Source: Candidatus Micrarchaeota archaeon
Lineage (GTDB): Archaea; Micrarchaeota; Micrarchaeia; Anstonellales; Bilamarchaeaceae
Direction of reading: 5' to 3'
NCBI GenBank assembly: GCA_038046805.1
Contig: JBBSVO010000001.1
Location: 453-64,452, forward strand
Length of the DNA stretch: 64,000 bases
Under the pieces are notes generated by a model, which made no database searches, was not told where the DNA came from, and saw only the letters and a program-made list of their open reading frames with translations. Made by a program: the position numbers and the translations under genes. Positions 59,151-64,000 of this stretch are shown piece by piece. The first letter of the stretch is position 1; each line of letters begins with the position of its first letter.

Positions 59151-59915
59151 ATGCTCACAGAACTTTCAGATGCAATCCAGCGCTCCATAGAAGAGAGCAT
59201 GGAGGATCGGGTAGCGGTTTCATTTTCAGGAGGACTCGACAGCTCGCTTATAGCTCATGTTGCAAAGAAAACTGCGGAAGTCCATCTTTTTTCTGCTGGG
59301 ACTGAAGACTGCGAGGATTTGCAATTCGCGGAAAAGGTCGCGGGAAAATTATTTTTGCCGCTTGAACGTGCAGTCTTATCCGAAAAAGATATTCTCGCCA
59401 TTTACGCGAAATGCTATGAAATCGTTCCGTCAAATCTTTTGAAGGTTGAGCTTCTTGTTCCGGTTTATGCTGTCGCCAGGCTTGCGAAATCTGCTGGTCT
59501 TGATGCAATTATGTTTGGCTCAGGCGCAGAGGAGCTTTTCGTTGGCTATGAGAGGTATTACTCTTACAATGAAGAGGGGTTGGACCTTGACAAAATCCTG
59601 CGCGAAGAATTCAAAACCCTAAAGGACCGTGACATTGCGGCAACAAAAAAACTATGCAACAGAATCGGAATAGAAGCAAGATTTCCTTTATACAATAATC
59701 GAATAGCAGAATTGGCATTCTCGGTCCCACTCGAGGAAAGAATGGCCGAAAGAGAGCTGAAGAAAGGGATTCTAAGGGACGCAGGAAAACTTCTCGGAGT
59801 TCCAGAAATCGCTCTCAAAAGAAAAAAACGTGCAATGCAATATGGAAGCGGGATTCACAAGATACTGTTGAAGCATGCAGAAGAGATCAACACGAAGTTT
59901 CCTGCGAAATCATGA
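59151..59915 (+). CDS. asparagine synthase C-terminal domain protein
   Basis: SFSGGLDSS, GSGAEELFVGY, RKKRAMQYGSG; no glutaminase domain. Confidence 0.85.
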   Translation: MLTELSDAIQRSIEESMEDRVAVSFSGGLDSSLIAHVAKKTAEVHLFSAGTEDCEDLQFAEKVAGKLFLPLERAVLSEKDILAIYAKCYEIVPSNLLKVELLVPVYAVARLAKSAGLDAIMFGSGAEELFVGYERYYSYNEEGLDLDKILREEFKTLKDRDIAATKKLCNRIGIEARFPLYNNRIAELAFSVPLEERMAERELKKGILRDAGKLLGVPEIALKRKKRAMQYGSGIHKILLKHAEEINTKFPAKS

Positions 59916-59984
59916 ACTTTTCATTTCTTTTGTTCGTGTCTCCTTATCATCACCTTTTTAAACATTTCCAGTAACAATACTACC

Positions 59985-61073
59985 ATGGCAAGTCAAGGCG
60001 CCGTAGTTTCTATTCAGGAAAGGATTTCAGGTAGCAGGAGAGCTGCAGCCGTCGATCGTGCGTGGAAGGTTGCAAAGTCTTTGGAAGGCGAGCATCAATT
60101 AGCGGCTTTGAAATGGATTGAACCAGTTAGTGAAGGTAAAGGAGGGTTATCCAGACGAATCGATTTTGAAAAAGATTTTCCGCAAGGAGTTTCCACGCTT
60201 TTGCCCCTGCCGATTAATTTTAACGTGTTCGCACCTTCAAGTTTAGTTGTTCCAAATGAAGAAGGCATGAGTTTTGCCTGGACAATGCCTTTATTGGTTA
60301 GGACAAGACCAGAAGAACCAATTCCATCAGAAGTGAGTGGTAGATTCGGTTGGTCATTCTATGCCTCACGCCAAAAACGCCCTATAATTGAGGTTGTCAC
60401 ATTTTTGCCGTTTCCAAGGGCGGGTGCCCCTCAAGAAGAGCAGTTTACTCCTCAATTTGTTGTATCAATGGATATTGACCGCAGGCAACTCGGTTCAGAA
60501 GATAATTATTTTGGTTCAATGGTACGCTTTGGAGGCAAAGTCGTTTCCCAATTTGTTACTTCCCAGCGTACTTCTTCGCTTGTTTTTGCAGACCCGTATC
60601 ATTCAACTCCTTTCCGTGCAGAGTTGCTGGCAACCTTAAGCCAGGACGAACTTGCAAGCACTCCTGAGAATGCAGGAACCTTGGACATATTCATTTATCG
60701 TTTGTCAAAAGTATTAGATATAAAATCAATCATCAGCACTTCAGAAAGTGCGTCGCAAGGTTTATCTTCAACTTCTTGGGGCCAGTTTCGTGGCTTGCGA
60801 GGAGACTACACATTATCTGCGCCATCCAGAGGTCTTACGAGCATATCTGGCGGTGGGCAAAAACCAAGTTTGCCAAGCCCTTCAAAAGTTCAGAAAGAAG
60901 TAGGGGATACGCGCGTTGGTGAAGGTACCCAAGGAGAAGCAGTAAAATTTGATCATCTGGAAGGTTATGGCTTTGATTCGAATTTTCCAATGCAGCAGAT
61001 TTCCATTCGAGTTTTAGGGGTAAGAGAAGGTGCAAGGGAAGCACTGGTCAGAACATTGGAAAGTATATGTTAA
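59985..61073 (+). CDS. hypothetical protein
   Basis: 362-aa ORF with TATA-like upstream; no motif recognised. Confidence 0.6.
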   Translation: MASQGAVVSIQERISGSRRAAAVDRAWKVAKSLEGEHQLAALKWIEPVSEGKGGLSRRIDFEKDFPQGVSTLLPLPINFNVFAPSSLVVPNEEGMSFAWTMPLLVRTRPEEPIPSEVSGRFGWSFYASRQKRPIIEVVTFLPFPRAGAPQEEQFTPQFVVSMDIDRRQLGSEDNYFGSMVRFGGKVVSQFVTSQRTSSLVFADPYHSTPFRAELLATLSQDELASTPENAGTLDIFIYRLSKVLDIKSIISTSESASQGLSSTSWGQFRGLRGDYTLSAPSRGLTSISGGGQKPSLPSPSKVQKEVGDTRVGEGTQGEAVKFDHLEGYGFDSNFPMQQISIRVLGVREGAREALVRTLESIC

Positions 61074-61087
61074 ATGCAATGGATAAC

Positions 61088-63385
61088 TTATTTCTCCTTA
61101 CTCTCCTTTGCCGCAGCTCCGCCCGCCTTCTTCGCCGCAATCTCATCCTTTACAATGGTCTTGAACATCGGCTCCCATTTTGTCCATGCTTCCTTGAAAT
61201 CAATTTGTCCCTCTTCTTTTTCTAATGAGGTCAGCAGCTTTCCAGCTGCTGTATTGCAATTCAGCACGAAATCAAGTTCCAATAGTGTCTGGTCACCGGT
61301 TTCCTCTGCCGCACGTTTTATGCCCTCGTACATCTTTCCCTTGAAGAATGCCTGCATGATATATTGTTCCGGATTTATTCCGCTTTCCTCGCTTCTGCGT
61401 GCAAGTGCCGGAGGGATAAATGCAATGTCCAGTTCCTTTTCCAGTTTTCCGAGATCTACTTTCTCAAGACTTGCAGCAGATGCCTCTGGATTCCTAAGGA
61501 ATTTCGCTTCTAGTATGCATTTGTCTATTCCGTCACCACGCTTAAAGCGGAATACTTCCACGAACTTTTTCTCCTCCTGGTCGCTTTCATATTCATAACC
61601 AAGAACGCGGTATACTCTTCCTCGTCTTCCGAATCGCACCTTCTTTAAGAACGTATATCTGTCAGTTGCGTACATGCTCGCAGAAGGAATACCGAACACC
61701 AGTTCTAATCTGTCCTGAATGTCCCGCAGCGATTCCGCATGCAGATTGTAGAGCAGGAACACACCTGGCTGGGTGTTTAGCAGGTTAATTATTCCCTGCA
61801 CTGCGATCCTTGACCTGACTTCGTTGATTATCAGTGCAGCATCACCCATTCTCAACAGTGCGTTTGCCATTGAAACAAGATCAAGCTCTTTTGTATTAGT
61901 CTCCTCAACATCAGAACTCTGCACCCTCGCGGCCCCTATATGAAACCCGCGCTTTCTGAATGCCCTGGTTGGAATTTCCTCGATATCCTGAACCGGAATT
62001 ATTCTTCTGCGTGTTCCAATTGCCGCAATCTTTGCTGCAGTGAATGCGGTTTTACCTACTCCTTTTAGTCCAAGAACTGCCTCGCTGCACCCAATAGATA
62101 CCAGCACATCATCATACCCAGCAAAGAACGGGCTCATGGAATGATATGCAAGATATTGTGCATATGTGAATGGCTGCTCCTTCATTATCCTCAATGCTCC
62201 CTGCAATTCGTCAAACGTTGCTGGAGGCCTTTGGAGGTGACATCTCATGCTAAGACGCTTAAGAACAACATCTACAATCGGGCTGGTCTCATCAAACTTT
62301 CTTGTTCCTTTTAGTGTGTAGACAATATCCTTGAATGCATGCTCAAGCAGATCCCTGTTATATCTGAATAATGTGTGACATATTCCATATTCGCTATGTT
62401 CTATATACAATGGCGAGTTTTCTGCGTCAATGTAAATATCTGTAACATGATTCCGGTCAATTGCTAAATTCTCTATCGGAGCCCCAAGACCAACGATCCA
62501 TGCCGCGGCTTCTCTTCCCATCGCCATTGCCTGCTGCGGCGTAATCTGAATACTGTTCAATATGGCCTGATCCAGAAAGTACTGCCTGTACTCTCTGGTT
62601 TTCAAATCCATCAAAATATTGTAATCTGCATTTTCAAATTGTTCCTTCAACTGTTCAGTGATAAGTCTTTTGAGCATCTTCCTCAGATCATCGCCAAGCT
62701 CTTCTATCTCCTTATTCCTTTGCACATAAAGATATGCATCAGCTCCAGGAACCTCGTATATCTGAACCTCTATTCCATAAGACAACGAGTAAGCTGCATT
62801 TGCTGATTTTATTGGCTTTGCTTCTGCAGGAATATCAAGAATGATCGATGATACGAAATACATGCTTTTGAGCCCTACAACCGAAAGGAATGCAAGTCTC
62901 ATATCTCCGGTTTTTTTGGTTAGGGCATACATTTTTGTTTCTGTGAATCTTTTCAGTATTCCATTAACCCATGCCTTGAATGTTTGGTATCCCTTCATGA
63001 ACACCTGCTTTTCCGGTGCCTCCTCCTTGTATTCATCAAGTTCTCTTCCAGCCATTACAGGGTTCATGAATGCGTATTCATAGAATTTGCGAAGTTTTTT
63101 TCTCCTATTGTCAAATTGCGGGTCTTGCTTGTTTCCGTATATTTCTTCTTTCATAAGAAGCGATTCTATCTGCCTGATAATTCCAGAGTATTCTGTTAGT
63201 ATCGTAGTCTGTTGCTCAGTGAGTTCTATGACTATTTCTTCTTCGTACCGTATCGTCTTGATGGGTTTTTCTATGGTAGATAAATCCTTCAGATGAAGAT
63301 TCAAAAACTCTGGCGATGCGAATTCGTACGGGCATTTGGCCATATCCAATATTGCTCTTGTTCCTTCAAGGACCAGGTTGCACAT
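61088..63385 (-). CDS. divergent type II/IV secretion ATPase (VirB11/TadA/ArlI-like)
   Basis: VTDIYID, GLKGVGKT (Walker A), VQDIEEI, LLRMGDAALIINEVR, LHAES. Confidence 0.78.
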   Translation of the reverse strand: MCNLVLEGTRAILDMAKCPYEFASPEFLNLHLKDLSTIEKPIKTIRYEEEIVIELTEQQTTILTEYSGIIRQIESLLMKEEIYGNKQDPQFDNRRKKLRKFYEYAFMNPVMAGRELDEYKEEAPEKQVFMKGYQTFKAWVNGILKRFTETKMYALTKKTGDMRLAFLSVVGLKSMYFVSSIILDIPAEAKPIKSANAAYSLSYGIEVQIYEVPGADAYLYVQRNKEIEELGDDLRKMLKRLITEQLKEQFENADYNILMDLKTREYRQYFLDQAILNSIQITPQQAMAMGREAAAWIVGLGAPIENLAIDRNHVTDIYIDAENSPLYIEHSEYGICHTLFRYNRDLLEHAFKDIVYTLKGTRKFDETSPIVDVVLKRLSMRCHLQRPPATFDELQGALRIMKEQPFTYAQYLAYHSMSPFFAGYDDVLVSIGCSEAVLGLKGVGKTAFTAAKIAAIGTRRRIIPVQDIEEIPTRAFRKRGFHIGAARVQSSDVEETNTKELDLVSMANALLRMGDAALIINEVRSRIAVQGIINLLNTQPGVFLLYNLHAESLRDIQDRLELVFGIPSASMYATDRYTFLKKVRFGRRGRVYRVLGYEYESDQEEKKFVEVFRFKRGDGIDKCILEAKFLRNPEASAASLEKVDLGKLEKELDIAFIPPALARRSEESGINPEQYIMQAFFKGKMYEGIKRAAEETGDQTLLELDFVLNCNTAAGKLLTSLEKEEGQIDFKEAWTKWEPMFKTIVKDEIAAKKAGGAAAKESKEK

Positions 63386-63482
63386 GAAAGCGGTTTCGCA
63401 GATATGGTTTTTAAAGTTGTGAGTGCACTTTTCCAGGGTATTCTCCTTATTTTAAAAATGTTAACCTGTATAAGAAAGTGTT

Positions 63483-64000
63483 ATGCGTCTAGTCCATAAT
63501 GAATTAACAAAACCACAACGAATGTTGCGGGCATATACGAATCGCGATGTGCCACCTTATGGCTTTAAGGGCAACCCGATGCTTTTTGATGATGGCAGGA
63601 GAATAGAGCATGACCTTACGCATTTTCACCTGAGCCGCTATACCTATCTGTTGACCGTTCTTGTTTCTTCTGCATGCGAATTGTTTGACCACGAGATTTT
63701 AAAAGGGCCGGATAGCGATGAATGGCAGTATAAGCCCAAGGCGAGAGTAACCCACGACGAGATTATGGCAGCCGGCAGGTCAACTGCATACCTACATGAA
63801 AGGGTTAAAGAGTATGGGCGCGAACGCTGCCAAAAATTTTTGGCAGTGATGGATAGATTGGATGACGAAGTGCTTGCTATTGTCAATGACATTTATGAAC
63901 GGGCTGTTCGAAACCTTGAATCTTGTATATCCTACATCGTACTGCTCCATCTGCCAGAAAGAGAAAAAGACCTTCTGGATTCAATGCGTGCGTATGGAAA
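63483..64000 (+). CDS. hypothetical protein, runs off the right edge
   Basis: Open frame from ATG 63483 (MRLVHNELTKPQRMLRAY...) to window end. Confidence 0.55.
   Translation, partial: MRLVHNELTKPQRMLRAYTNRDVPPYGFKGNPMLFDDGRRIEHDLTHFHLSRYTYLLTVLVSSACELFDHEILKGPDSDEWQYKPKARVTHDEIMAAGRSTAYLHERVKEYGRERCQKFLAVMDRLDDEVLAIVNDIYERAVRNLESCISYIVLLHLPEREKDLLDSMRAYG

Overview
Gene-dense archaeal chromosome segment. RadA, pelota, Pth2, NurA, Taw1, type II MetAP and archaeal-type PheT/TrpS, together with class I GAPDH and many ORFans, point to a DPANN lineage, most likely Micrarchaeota (inference). Housekeeping genes are interleaved with accessory genes. These include an M23 peptidase with a probable peptidoglycan-binding domain, a ~10 kb polyol/sugar-nucleotide surface-glycan cluster, a VirB2-like pilin, a divergent secretion ATPase, a giant Gly/Met-loop secreted protein with a membrane-anchored partner, a Fic gene, and two toxin-first AbiE-like pairs, one bounded by a duplication of the lhr 3' end. 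The most striking non-annotated structure is at 28.8-29.4 kb. Here the strand purine/pyrimidine skew flips, and a small basic gene is bracketed by inverted G-string motifs, several palindromes and an 18-bp direct repeat, making it a candidate replication origin or terminus with no cdc6 nearby. Two unannotated Cys4 zinc-finger microproteins and two structured intergenic elements were also found. No rRNA, tRNA or CRISPR array was seen. All assignments are by eye from motifs; no searches were run.
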